This document shows, piece after piece, positions 1 to 9,466 of a stretch of 64,000 bases of DNA (within the stretch, counting starts at the first letter, position 1; every line of letters starts with the position of its first letter). The position numbers and the translations under genes are program-made. Source of the stretch: a virus; the IMG/VR virus record IMGVR_UViG_3300001847_000838, positions 26,296 to 90,295 of that record, one strand, 5' to 3'. The notes beneath the pieces are model-generated. The model was not told where the DNA came from and ran no database searches. It saw only the letters and a list, made by a program, of their open reading frames with translations.

Positions 1-15
1 TATCTAAAAAAGCAT

Positions 16-384
16 GTGGGCGTTATTAATATAGATCAATATAGAAAGTTAAAAGATAGCATTGCAAGGTGTTCTTTTTTTTTAAAAAATGCAAACAATG
101 ATATAGATCAGTTTGAAAAAACGTTAGATAAAAATAGCAAACAATTGTCTAAGATAATAGAGGATATAGAGCACTTGACGGCATATCATGCCAGAAAAGT
201 GCTACAGTTTCCTTTAAAGGAGATAGAGAATGCCAAGCAAAGAAGAGACAAAAAAGAAAATAGAAACGGAACAGGATTTCATTTACTGTCCGAGTACGGA
301 GAACTCGCTGGAGAAGTTCATGAGGAAGCATCCGAACGGAGTGTCGAACGAAAAGATAGCCCAGGTTCTAGCGATAACTCCTGA
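16..384 (+). CDS. hypothetical protein (3' part overlaps next ORF)
   Basis: ORF track; helical, charged N-terminal part; 155-nt overlap with 230..454 makes the 3' extent doubtful. Confidence 0.35.
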   Translation: MGVINIDQYRKLKDSIARCSFFLKNANNDIDQFEKTLDKNSKQLSKIIEDIEHLTAYHARKVLQFPLKEIENAKQRRDKKENRNGTGFHLLSEYGELAGEVHEEASERSVERKDSPGSSDNS

Positions 385-454
385 AGAGGTAGAAAAACTT
401 TATGGTGACGCTATAAAAAAAATACGCGAGCAGCTTAAGGTGGGTGAAGAGTGA
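230..454 (+). CDS. stand-alone sigma70 region 4-like HTH protein
   Basis: SD AAGGAG upstream; GVSNEKIAQVLAITPEEVEKLYGDAIKKIR resembles the sigma4.2 HTH; stop overlaps the RNase H start. Confidence 0.6.
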   Translation: MPSKEETKKKIETEQDFIYCPSTENSLEKFMRKHPNGVSNEKIAQVLAITPEEVEKLYGDAIKKIREQLKVGEE

Positions 455-1080
455 GCCAAAACATTATAGAGATATATACTGACGGTAGCGCAACTAAAGA
501 AAACCTTCCAGGCGGTTGGGCCTTTAGAATTGTAGCCAACGAAAGTAGAATCTTATCGGAACGCTGTGGGCATATGAAACAAGCCAGCAACAATGATGCT
601 GAGTTAGAAGCAGCAGTTCAAGGTTTAATTTTCATGCATGAAAACTATGTAAAAGCCAATAGAAATCCTTTAGAAGATGATATATACTTAGTTAGCGATA
701 GTCAATTAACTTTGGGGTGGGCTACTGGAAAGTACAAAGTTAAACAGCCCAAAAAGCTTGAGCGCGTTAAAACTTTAAATTATTTGATGTCTTTAATGAA
801 TGTAAAGACCAAATGGGTGCGAGGGCATAGCGGAAATGAACATAACAATAGATGTGATAAGCTTGCCAAGCGTGCTCGCATGGGTATTACAGAGTTTGAA
901 AAACATATAGGAAAAACCAAAAAGACTGTTATTGGAGTCAAAAAAAAGGGAACAATAGCTTTAAGATACAAAGAAAAACGTTTTGTTATAGATTTAGAGA
1001 ACATGGTAGTAGAAGAATATGATAGGCTTGTTCATGGCCACAGGGATATATTTTTGCAGGTGGTATCAGATGAAAAGTAA
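451..1080 (+). CDS. rnhA: ribonuclease HI with C-terminal extension
   Basis: IYTDGS, SNNDAELEA, VSDSQL, WVRGHSGNEHNNRCDKLA motifs. Confidence 0.92.
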   Translation: MSQNIIEIYTDGSATKENLPGGWAFRIVANESRILSERCGHMKQASNNDAELEAAVQGLIFMHENYVKANRNPLEDDIYLVSDSQLTLGWATGKYKVKQPKKLERVKTLNYLMSLMNVKTKWVRGHSGNEHNNRCDKLAKRARMGITEFEKHIGKTKKTVIGVKKKGTIALRYKEKRFVIDLENMVVEEYDRLVHGHRDIFLQVVSDEK

Positions 1081-1705
1081 AAGGCGTTACATTGCATTTG
1101 ATACAGAAACTGGAGGAATTAACCCTAAAGTTAATCCTATATTGACCGCATATTTTGTTATTATAAGTGATGATTATTCTAAAATAGACGAATTAGAACT
1201 TAAAATTAAAGCTTCTGATCCTTATAGCAAAGTAGAAGCAGATGCTTTAGAAATAAATAAAATAAATATAGAAAAACATAATTCTGACCCAGATACGCTA
1301 GATAGGCTATTAGCAGTAGAAAAACTTAGAGAGTTTTTAAAAAAACACAAAGGCAAAGCTAGATGGGAAGAACCCGTACCTCTTGGCCACAATATAAGTT
1401 TTGATATTAAGATGATCAATCAACAACTAATTCCAGAAGATGAATGGAATCAATATGTAGGCTATGCAATTAGAGATACAAAACCTGTCTCTGATTTTCT
1501 TAAAGATTTTGGAGTGCTACCGCCAGAGGTTGGAAAGTTAGAAAGTTTAGTAAAGCACCTAAATATACCCAGCGGTATAGCGCATACTGCAAAAGATGAC
1601 GTAATTATGACAATAGAAGTTTACAGAAAACTAGGAGAAATGGTAAAGAACCTTAGCTTAGGATCTGGACTTTCTATAGATGTTCTTGATATTCTAGAAA
1701 AGTAA
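1070..1705 (+). CDS. DEDDh 3'-5' exonuclease (DnaQ/epsilon-like)
   Basis: AFDTETGG (ExoI), GHNISFD (ExoII), HTAKDD (ExoIII); ATG at 1070 overlaps the rnhA 3' end; adjacent to dnaE. Confidence 0.85.
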   Translation: MKSKRRYIAFDTETGGINPKVNPILTAYFVIISDDYSKIDELELKIKASDPYSKVEADALEINKINIEKHNSDPDTLDRLLAVEKLREFLKKHKGKARWEEPVPLGHNISFDIKMINQQLIPEDEWNQYVGYAIRDTKPVSDFLKDFGVLPPEVGKLESLVKHLNIPSGIAHTAKDDVIMTIEVYRKLGEMVKNLSLGSGLSIDVLDILEK

Positions 1706-4700
1706 TGAAGCTAGTAGCAAGCCCTCATACTCATGTAGAAAGTCCCATGTCAGGCTCTACCATGGAAAGCATGGTAGAACAAGCTGTTCTTCTTGGAAGA
1801 ACACATTTTTCTTATACCGATCCCGCCTACCTTACAAGTGCATACCGCACTTACCAGCACGCTATTGCTAAGGGGCTAAAATATATACCCGGTATTGAAG
1901 TATATTTTAAAGATTCAAATTGCGATATCATAAGAGGCACTAGGTCTGAAAGAGTAAAATATTATAAACTAACCCTTCATGCACTAGATCAGGAAGGCTA
2001 TCAAAGAATATGCTGGCTTTCATCTAAAGAGCGATCAACCTTTGTAAGTTCTTATGGATCAGAATTTCCATTGTGGTGCTGGTCAGATCTAGAGGATTGT
2101 AGAGGATATAATATAGCCGTTTGCAGTAGCGATGTTCACGATATAGTTACCAAACATCTTTTAATAAAAAGACCCGATCTTTCTGTTAAAGTTTTAGAAA
2201 AATTAAAAAATATCTTTGGCGATAAACTTTATCTTTCTATAATAGGAAACCGTGCTGATAGAGCTTATGAATCGTTTGTTCATCTTAAGTTTGTAGATGG
2301 TACAGACAAAGTTATATTTGCTAAAGACAAAGTTAGGACGGGCGCTTACAAAATGGGTGTACCGGCACAAGAAATACCAAACAATTTTCAGAGGCATCAA
2401 CATGTTTTGGCTTATGTTTCTGGAGGCGCATACCATCCTGTAGATAAAGATCTACAATTTGCAAAAGTTATCTCTGGTTTTGTAAAACTCCCTAACGGCG
2501 ATCCTCAAATGCTTGCAAACAAGCTAGTAGTAGCTTTAGGTGATCGGTATGGGATACCAGTGCTGTATTCAGATTACGCTTGTTATGCTACCCAAAAAGA
2601 TAAGCCCGTACAAGATGTAAGGCTATCTTCAGAAAATATTAAAGAATTTTCTGTACGCCACATGCAAAGTGGCGAAGAAGCAGTAGATTACATGGTGCGG
2701 TACCTTGGTTTGTCAGAACAAAAAGCATATCAAGTATTAAACAACAACGCCAAATGGGCGTCTATGTTTAACAACTTTTCTTTAAAATACGAATACAGTA
2801 TTCCAGAACTTCCTGAAAATAGAGACCCTATAGCTATAGCTATGGATATAATAAAAATTAATGGCAGAATGCGATGGGGTGATCCTACATACGTTGACCG
2901 TTTAGCTACTGAAATTAAAGTTCTTGCTAAAAACGGTAAAATTAATTTAATACCTTATTTTTTTCCTATTCGAGATGTATTAAATCATTACGCTCAAAAT
3001 GACTTACTTACTGGTCCCGCTAGGGGCTCTGCAGCTGGATCTCTATTTATGTACCTTATGGGGATTACGCAGGTAGACCCAATTAAGTATGACACTAGCT
3101 TTGAACGATTTCTATCTTTAGATCGGGTACTTGCAGGAAATTGGCCTGATGTCGATATAGATTTAGTAAGTAGGGATCACTTAGTGGGAATTGATGGTAG
3201 ATCAGGATATTTATACGGTCGATGGGGCAATAAGGCCGCACAAATCTCAACTAGAACAAACATGAGGTTAAAATCGGCTATCAAGGATGTAAACCGTTAT
3301 TTAAAGGGTGAGGTTGAGCCAGATATAGAAAAACTCTCTAAATCACTACCTCCACCTCCACAAGGAGTATCAGATCATGATTTTGTTTTTGGATACGAAG
3401 AAGAGGGTATACATCAGGAAGGTCTTATAGAAATAAACGATGATTTAAAAAAATATGCGTTAGAAAGACCTGTAGAATGGGATCTTGTAAAACGCTGTTT
3501 AGGTATAGCTCGACAGCATTCTAAACATGCTTCTGCATTTGTTATAGCAGATAAACCTATTGCGGAAATAGTTCCCATGTTTATGGGTAATGTTACGCAG
3601 TATGAAGCCAAAGGCGTAGAAAAAGCCAAGCTTATAAAATATGATTTTCTGGTAGTTAAACAGTTAGAAGATATACAAAAATGTATAAAGCTTATAAACA
3701 AAAAGAGCGGCAACCCACTAAAAGCTACCCATTTTTGTCACAACAATGTTTTAACATATATTTGGGATCTTCCTGAAGATTTAGATGTATATGCTAGTAT
3801 TTGGGAAGGAAGTACAGAATCTTTATTTCAAATAAATACTAGATCAATGGTTCCATTTGTTAAAGATATTAAGCCATCGTCTATCTTTGATTTATCTGAT
3901 ATTTTAGCTCTTGTTCGGCCTGGTCCTCTCGATTATGTAGATGAAAAAACGGGGCGCACTATGGCTGAAGAGTACATCTATCGCAAAAAAGGTCTAAGCC
4001 TACCAGACATACCAAAGCTTGCAGAGATACTTCCTAAAACGTGCGGAGTCATGATTTATCAAGAAGATCTTACAAAGATAGCTCGCATATTGGGAGAGAT
4101 GCGTCCGGATGACGCAGAAAACCTAAGAAGGGTAATGTCCAAAAAACTTAAGGTTGAGATGGTCAAAATGAAACCCCTTTTTATGCAAGGAGCCATAAAA
4201 AACTTGGGTGAAGAAACCGCAGAAAAGATTTGGGACATGATGGCTACTTTTGCTCGTTATGGTTTTAATAGAGCGCATTCGATATCTTACGCAATGATAA
4301 CATATGCCTGCATGTACCTTAGATACTACTACCCCAGCGAATGGTGGGCTTCAGTGTTATCAAATGCAAGTGAATCAGAGATCTCCAACGAACTTTATAA
4401 ATATGTACATGATCGGTTAGCGCCTCCCGATATCAATAGCTCAGGATCGGATATGACAATAGATTACGATACGGGCAAGATAAGATCAAAAATAAGCGTT
4501 CTTAAGGGGATAGGAGAATCGGCTGCGGAAGCTATTGTTTCTCAGCGGCCCTACACCGATATCAAAGACTTTGTTAAAAAGAAAGTTGCAGGCAGTTCAC
4601 TTACAAAAAAATTAATTGTTGCAGGGGTTATGGATAGTTTGTTTGCTCCTAATACTACGCTATCAGAAAAGATGCTTGAACTTGAAATTGCAACCAAAGA

Positions 4701-5259
4701 GGCTGAGTATGAAAAAAAGCTTGCGGCAGGCATTAAAGCTAAACCTATAGATAAATCCAAGATTCTTCCCGACGAAGAATGGTTAGGTATGCATCCACTA
4801 AAAGAATATTGTATAAAAAAATCGGTACTTCCAACGCTGCCATATAGTTTGTACAATATAGTTGTTAATCACTTTATGCTAAATATTGGCACCGAAAATA
4901 AGCCTTTAGTAAGCTGTACTAAGGGAAGACCTGTAAGACTTTATAAAGGCGAACACTTACAAAAAATAGAGCAGATAACGCTTAAAGATCGCGACGTGTT
5001 CTTTGCTTCGACGGGATATGTTTTAAAAGCAGAAGAATTTTCGTATGCCAAAGGCTCTAAAAAAGCCCTAAAAATGGTAGTAGATTCAGATGGCTATATA
5101 ACTGAAAGAGTAATTTGGCCAGATTATGATACGGGAAAGCTTAAGTATCCAAAAAATCTAAAGAAAGGTACAGCCTGTCTATTGTTTTTACAAAGACGAG
5201 TGGGTAAAGATCAGACAAAAATATATGACATCAAGGTTCTTGACGAAAGCAAGTCATAA
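1705..5259 (+). CDS. dnaE: DNA polymerase III alpha subunit (family C)
   Basis: N-terminal PHP (SPHTHVESP), GPARGSAAGSL, FERFLS, PDVDID, LIKYDFL, YGFNRAHS, HhH KGIGESAA. Confidence 0.95.
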   Translation: MKLVASPHTHVESPMSGSTMESMVEQAVLLGRTHFSYTDPAYLTSAYRTYQHAIAKGLKYIPGIEVYFKDSNCDIIRGTRSERVKYYKLTLHALDQEGYQRICWLSSKERSTFVSSYGSEFPLWCWSDLEDCRGYNIAVCSSDVHDIVTKHLLIKRPDLSVKVLEKLKNIFGDKLYLSIIGNRADRAYESFVHLKFVDGTDKVIFAKDKVRTGAYKMGVPAQEIPNNFQRHQHVLAYVSGGAYHPVDKDLQFAKVISGFVKLPNGDPQMLANKLVVALGDRYGIPVLYSDYACYATQKDKPVQDVRLSSENIKEFSVRHMQSGEEAVDYMVRYLGLSEQKAYQVLNNNAKWASMFNNFSLKYEYSIPELPENRDPIAIAMDIIKINGRMRWGDPTYVDRLATEIKVLAKNGKINLIPYFFPIRDVLNHYAQNDLLTGPARGSAAGSLFMYLMGITQVDPIKYDTSFERFLSLDRVLAGNWPDVDIDLVSRDHLVGIDGRSGYLYGRWGNKAAQISTRTNMRLKSAIKDVNRYLKGEVEPDIEKLSKSLPPPPQGVSDHDFVFGYEEEGIHQEGLIEINDDLKKYALERPVEWDLVKRCLGIARQHSKHASAFVIADKPIAEIVPMFMGNVTQYEAKGVEKAKLIKYDFLVVKQLEDIQKCIKLINKKSGNPLKATHFCHNNVLTYIWDLPEDLDVYASIWEGSTESLFQINTRSMVPFVKDIKPSSIFDLSDILALVRPGPLDYVDEKTGRTMAEEYIYRKKGLSLPDIPKLAEILPKTCGVMIYQEDLTKIARILGEMRPDDAENLRRVMSKKLKVEMVKMKPLFMQGAIKNLGEETAEKIWDMMATFARYGFNRAHSISYAMITYACMYLRYYYPSEWWASVLSNASESEISNELYKYVHDRLAPPDINSSGSDMTIDYDTGKIRSKISVLKGIGESAAEAIVSQRPYTDIKDFVKKKVAGSSLTKKLIVAGVMDSLFAPNTTLSEKMLELEIATKEAEYEKKLAAGIKAKPIDKSKILPDEEWLGMHPLKEYCIKKSVLPTLPYSLYNIVVNHFMLNIGTENKPLVSCTKGRPVRLYKGEHLQKIEQITLKDRDVFFASTGYVLKAEEFSYAKGSKKALKMVVDSDGYITERVIWPDYDTGKLKYPKNLKKGTACLLFLQRRVGKDQTKIYDIKVLDESKS

Positions 5260-5269
5260 ACGCTATAAT
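5240..5269 (+). promoter_or_regulatory. sigma70-type promoter, probably giving a leaderless mRNA for the S8 protease
   Basis: TTGACG (5240-5245), 18-nt spacer, TATAAT (5264-5269); ATG at 5276 is 7 nt after the -10; no SD. Confidence 0.65.
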
Positions 5270-5275
5270 TTAAGT

Positions 5276-5947
5276 ATGAAGACATTTGTACTTTTTTTAA
5301 TTATGTCTATAAAAGCGCAGGCAGCATCACCTGTTATTGTTGCGGTTATAGATACAGGCTACAGCATACAAGATGAGTCTTTGCCTTTTTGCAAATTTGG
5401 GCATGCTACTTTTGCAGGAAACGATGTAAAAGACCGTTTAGGTCACGGAACAAACATTGCGCATATAATTAATGCACAAGTAAAAAGTTTACCTAAGGGA
5501 TCTTGGTGTATGGTTGTGATCAAATTTTTTGATAAAGATACGTCTTCCGATGAGGCTTTATCAAACAGCGTTAAAGCATTACGTTGGATTAAAAAATTAA
5601 ATGTAGATATTGTTAACCTTTCTTATGAGGGTGGATTTTCTAGCAATGCAGAAAAAGCTGCTGTTAAGGCTCTTTTGGATAAAGGGATAAAAGTTGTAGC
5701 GGCTGCTGGAAACAGAAATACAAAACCAGGGTTTCCTGCTTCTGCAGATAAGAGGGTAATAGTAGTAGGAAACCTTCAAAAAGATGGAAGTCGTCATCCT
5801 ACATCAAATTTTGGTGATAGTGTTAATAGATGGGAAGTGGGTACAGATGTTTGTGCGGGCGGTAGCTGCATGACAGGAACAAGTCAAGCTACGGCTATTG
5901 TAACAGGCAAAATACTTAAAAAAATGATAGAAAGGAAGTCTAAATGA
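5276..5947 (+). CDS. secreted subtilisin-like S8 serine protease
   Basis: signal peptide MKTFVLFLIMSIKAQA; VAVIDTG (Asp), GHGTNIA (His), AAAGN (oxyanion Asn), GTSQAT (Ser). Confidence 0.9.
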   Translation: MKTFVLFLIMSIKAQAASPVIVAVIDTGYSIQDESLPFCKFGHATFAGNDVKDRLGHGTNIAHIINAQVKSLPKGSWCMVVIKFFDKDTSSDEALSNSVKALRWIKKLNVDIVNLSYEGGFSSNAEKAAVKALLDKGIKVVAAAGNRNTKPGFPASADKRVIVVGNLQKDGSRHPTSNFGDSVNRWEVGTDVCAGGSCMTGTSQATAIVTGKILKKMIERKSK

Positions 5948-6759
5948 TGGATTTAAAAACAGCTTTAGCAGAAATCAAAAAAGCACGACTAAAGAAGAGT
6001 GTAGACCTCACTAAAGTTAGCCAAGAAACAATTACGGCACAAAAAGGCAGAAAAAGAGCTGCACAGCTTCGTTTGCCATACCTTGAAAGAGATTATAAAG
6101 TAGCGTTAGCTAAGCATTTGGCAGTATTTTTGGTAGTGGGAAAAGGATCGTCAACTTTTGGAGAAATGGCAGAGGAAATTACAAAAGCTCCGGTTTTAGA
6201 TGCGGAAGGATTTTACAAAGAGCTATTTAAACGTATGCCCGTTGAAGCATCTTCTGGAAAACTTGCACCAAAAGTTGTAGTTGATATTATGCAGAGGCAC
6301 CTATTGGATGTTGCTCAAGAGCTAGAGATTGCATCTTTTCCTCTCCCTCATTACAAGCATAGCCGAGGTTTTGCTATTAACAATTCTGAAGATTTATATA
6401 GATTTATCAAAAGAGTTATGCTTGAAACAGCCGGGGCTGAAATAGCGGCTGCGTACTTGTTAAAACAAGCTGCAAAACAAGCTCTGGAAGCTGAATTTGA
6501 TGGAGATCTTTATCCGTTAATAGTTCGTCTCGATGACTCATCTATTGCCGATAAAACAGTAGAAGGATTAAGTGATGTTTTAGGAAGTGTAAATTTGTTG
6601 ACAGCAGGAGGCGTTGAGAGTAAAATAAATACAAAAGCATTCTCTAGTATAGATGATGTAACTAAGACATCGGTACTAGATACGCTCAAAGAAGTAAAAA
6701 AGATTATAACTAAGAGTGGTCGAAAGGCATCTACTCGTAAAACTAAGGAGAATAACTGA
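5944..6759 (+). CDS. hypothetical protein (possibly a degenerate P-loop kinase fold)
   Basis: coupled ORF; FLVVGKGSSTF is only loosely P-loop-like. Confidence 0.5.
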   Translation: MMDLKTALAEIKKARLKKSVDLTKVSQETITAQKGRKRAAQLRLPYLERDYKVALAKHLAVFLVVGKGSSTFGEMAEEITKAPVLDAEGFYKELFKRMPVEASSGKLAPKVVVDIMQRHLLDVAQELEIASFPLPHYKHSRGFAINNSEDLYRFIKRVMLETAGAEIAAAYLLKQAAKQALEAEFDGDLYPLIVRLDDSSIADKTVEGLSDVLGSVNLLTAGGVESKINTKAFSSIDDVTKTSVLDTLKEVKKIITKSGRKASTRKTKENN

Positions 6760-7844
6760 TGAAGATCGGAAACGCTAATTATGCTCAAAGCGGAGGAAAA
6801 AAACATTATCACAAACTTGCAAAAGGGGAAGGTGTGGTAGGAATTTTTCGAATTTTACCCCCTCTTGGAGAGCTGGCGGATAAAGGAATTTGGGCTTTGT
6901 TTTATAAAGTTCACTATGGTTATCGCAATAGCGAAAATCGTATGAAACTGTTTCTTAGTCCAGAAGTTGTAAACAGATCGTCCAGAATGATTGAAGTAGA
7001 AGACGCAGCTAAGCGCCGAATTGATAATCTTAGAGCAAAATATGGTGAAGCTCGAAGTTCTGGTAATCAAGAAGCCGCTAGTAGCCTTAAAGAACTTCTT
7101 CGCACCTATAATCTTGAAAACCGATGGCATATGAATGCTATTGATTTATCTGGTAAAGTTGGGCTTCTTAAGCTTCCACATACTGCAAAAAAAGATTTAG
7201 ATAACGAAATCAAAAAGCTTACAGCTAAGGGCGTTGATCCACTTGGAGTTGATCAGGGTCGCTTTTTCTCAATCATTCGCAATATTGATGGCATGAAAGT
7301 AACTTATAAGGTTCAAGTATACAAAGAAGAAGTTGACACAAAAGATTATGGTAAAGTAGAAAAAGATGTGGTTCATGCATTAACAGAAGATTTAATTTCT
7401 AGGTTGTCTACTGAGGCTTTTGAGCTTGATAAGCTTTATAAGGCCCCAACAGCTGAACAGGTAGAACGAATTGTTAAAGATGGAAAAAATGCTGTGGATG
7501 AGATTTTAGGGGCTGGAAGTCCAAACGGCTCTGCTCCTACGGGTAAATCTAATTTGCATAGCTCGGCAGAAGATGAAGATGTTCCTTCTGATGAAGATCT
7601 AGAAAGCTTGGTTGAGGAAGCTTCAGTTTCTTCTTCTGTTAAAAATGCAGCGCCGCCTACCAAACAGCCTTCTCCAGTACCGGTTAAACAGCCTGAGCCT
7701 ACGCCGAATATGGGGTTAAAGATTGGCAAGGCTACCACTTCATCTGAATCTAAGGGGGCTGTTGAAGCTAAAGTTGCCAATGAAAAGATTAAGGGTATGT
7801 CATCAGAAGATTTTTTGGCAGCATTAGAAAACGGCACTCTTTAA
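6759..7844 (+). CDS. putative single-stranded DNA-binding protein (gp32-like)
   Basis: FRILPP, VHYGY, GVDPL..DQGRFF; long acidic/Pro-rich C-terminal tail; sits before UvsY- and RecA-like genes. Confidence 0.55.
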   Translation: MKIGNANYAQSGGKKHYHKLAKGEGVVGIFRILPPLGELADKGIWALFYKVHYGYRNSENRMKLFLSPEVVNRSSRMIEVEDAAKRRIDNLRAKYGEARSSGNQEAASSLKELLRTYNLENRWHMNAIDLSGKVGLLKLPHTAKKDLDNEIKKLTAKGVDPLGVDQGRFFSIIRNIDGMKVTYKVQVYKEEVDTKDYGKVEKDVVHALTEDLISRLSTEAFELDKLYKAPTAEQVERIVKDGKNAVDEILGAGSPNGSAPTGKSNLHSSAEDEDVPSDEDLESLVEEASVSSSVKNAAPPTKQPSPVPVKQPEPTPNMGLKIGKATTSSESKGAVEAKVANEKIKGMSSEDFLAALENGTL

Positions 7845-7856
7845 TAGGAGAGATAG

Positions 7857-8399
7857 ATGTCTGATAACAGACTTCCATCTAATACGTTTAATGACGGGCT
7901 TGCCATAGAGCTACCAGAGTTTATGAGCATGCCCGCAATTCGTCTTGATTTAAGCAATATTGTAGAGGCAGACCGTAGGGAGACTAAGCTTATGGTCAAG
8001 AATGTTAACCCTTCTACATATTCTCATTTAGAGTATGTATACAATGAAGCTTACAGGGACCTTAAAAAGCATGTGGCTACTGTTGGCTATCAAATACTGC
8101 GGGCAGATAGCGAGCTAGAAAAAGCTAAAGCTACAGCTTTACTAGAAAAGTTTCCGGTATTTCTTGATGGTAAACCTAAAAATATGAACAATGCTGCAGT
8201 AAGAGATGCGTTTGTTGCTCAGGATGAAAGTGTTAGGGCCATAAAAGACCGTCTAGATTCGCTAAAAATGATTGAGATTTTTTTAGATGGAAGGATTAAG
8301 GTCATGGAAAATGTCTGTCGCTTTATGAGAAAGCAAATGGACATGTATATACGAGCTGGGGCGGGGTTAAGTCCGGATATATTTAATTCACAAAAATAA
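7857..8399 (+). CDS. putative UvsY-like recombination mediator
   Basis: helical; AVRDAFVAQDESV...RIKVMEN pattern; between SSB- and RecA-like genes. Confidence 0.4.
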   Translation: MSDNRLPSNTFNDGLAIELPEFMSMPAIRLDLSNIVEADRRETKLMVKNVNPSTYSHLEYVYNEAYRDLKKHVATVGYQILRADSELEKAKATALLEKFPVFLDGKPKNMNNAAVRDAFVAQDESVRAIKDRLDSLKMIEIFLDGRIKVMENVCRFMRKQMDMYIRAGAGLSPDIFNSQK

Positions 8400-8408
8400 G
8401 GAGATCTA

Positions 8409-9464
8409 ATGGGAAATAAATGGACTAAGGCTTTAAATGCCTATGATGACGTTGTAAAATACGACTACGATGCGTATGCTGCAGAAAACTGTCTGTACAC
8501 CCCAAGCCCATATGTTAATTGGACTTTTGCTAACAAAAGCCATGGCATTCCAAAAGGATCTTCTATCTTGCTATTTAGTGAGCAAAAAGCTGGAAAATCG
8601 ATGATGATGCAGGCAATAATTGGCGAAATGCATCAGAGAGATCCCGAAGGCATTGCCATCGTTTTTAACACCGAGATGAGAGGCAAGTTTCAAAGCGGCA
8701 TGTTTGATACTATTGACAAAGACCGGCTGATCACCTACGACTCTAACCGACCTGAGGATATATTTGATCGATTTGAGCGCGACATCTTGCCAATGGTGCA
8801 GGAGGGTATGCCTCTTCGAATTGTATGCATCGATTCTCTTACTGCAGTTGGTGGAACCAAGTCCCTGTCTGCTGATCGCAGCGTAAACGATCACCTTGTG
8901 GGCGATCATGCGCTCACGATCAATAAAGGTCTAGACAAGATTGTTCCTTACTGCAAGCGTCACAACATTTTATTGATCTGCAGCTCTCAGATGAGGGCTA
9001 ACGTGGACGCCTCCAATCCACATGCCCCTAAGGAAAAGATGGCGGAAAGCTGGAAGGTTAAACATACTTTTGAATTTTTTATGTCAATCAAGCGTGCGGC
9101 AGCTGCAGATGATAAAGTTGATCTTTCTGGAAATAAGTTTGAAGATGAATCCGTCAAAGATGCTCGAGGCAACAAAGACCAGACCGGACACAAGATTTAC
9201 TTCAAGATGGAACAGAGCAGCATCGGTAAAGCTGGAAGATCTGGTATACTTACACTTGATTATACTAGGGGAATTGTAAATACTAATGAAGAAATTTTTG
9301 AGTTAGGTAAAAATACGGGTGTAATTGAGAACGTAGGTGCTGGATCGTACATTGTTTATGGAGAAAAGATTCGCGGAAAAGCTGAAGTAGCTGAGCGCAT
9401 CAAAAATGATTCTGAGCTAGCAAAAAAGATTTTAGATGATGTACGAAAGAAAGATGCGGAGTAG
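8409..9464 (+). CDS. RecA/UvsX-like recombinase
   Basis: GIPKGSSILLFSEQKAGKS (Walker A variant), FNTEMR, VCIDSL (Walker B), SSQMR. Confidence 0.8.
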   Translation: MGNKWTKALNAYDDVVKYDYDAYAAENCLYTPSPYVNWTFANKSHGIPKGSSILLFSEQKAGKSMMMQAIIGEMHQRDPEGIAIVFNTEMRGKFQSGMFDTIDKDRLITYDSNRPEDIFDRFERDILPMVQEGMPLRIVCIDSLTAVGGTKSLSADRSVNDHLVGDHALTINKGLDKIVPYCKRHNILLICSSQMRANVDASNPHAPKEKMAESWKVKHTFEFFMSIKRAAAADDKVDLSGNKFEDESVKDARGNKDQTGHKIYFKMEQSSIGKAGRSGILTLDYTRGIVNTNEEIFELGKNTGVIENVGAGSYIVYGEKIRGKAEVAERIKNDSELAKKILDDVRKKDAE

Positions 9465-9466
9465 CC

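Noticed and set aside
16-454. Dual-coding overlap of 16..384 and 230..454 as a deliberate overprinted gene
   Set aside because: The overlapping tail of 16..384 looks low-complexity and the window edge hides the upstream context, so it cannot be supported.
1705-5259. Intein or intron in DnaE
   Set aside because: Length is typical and I saw no splicing or homing-endonuclease motifs.
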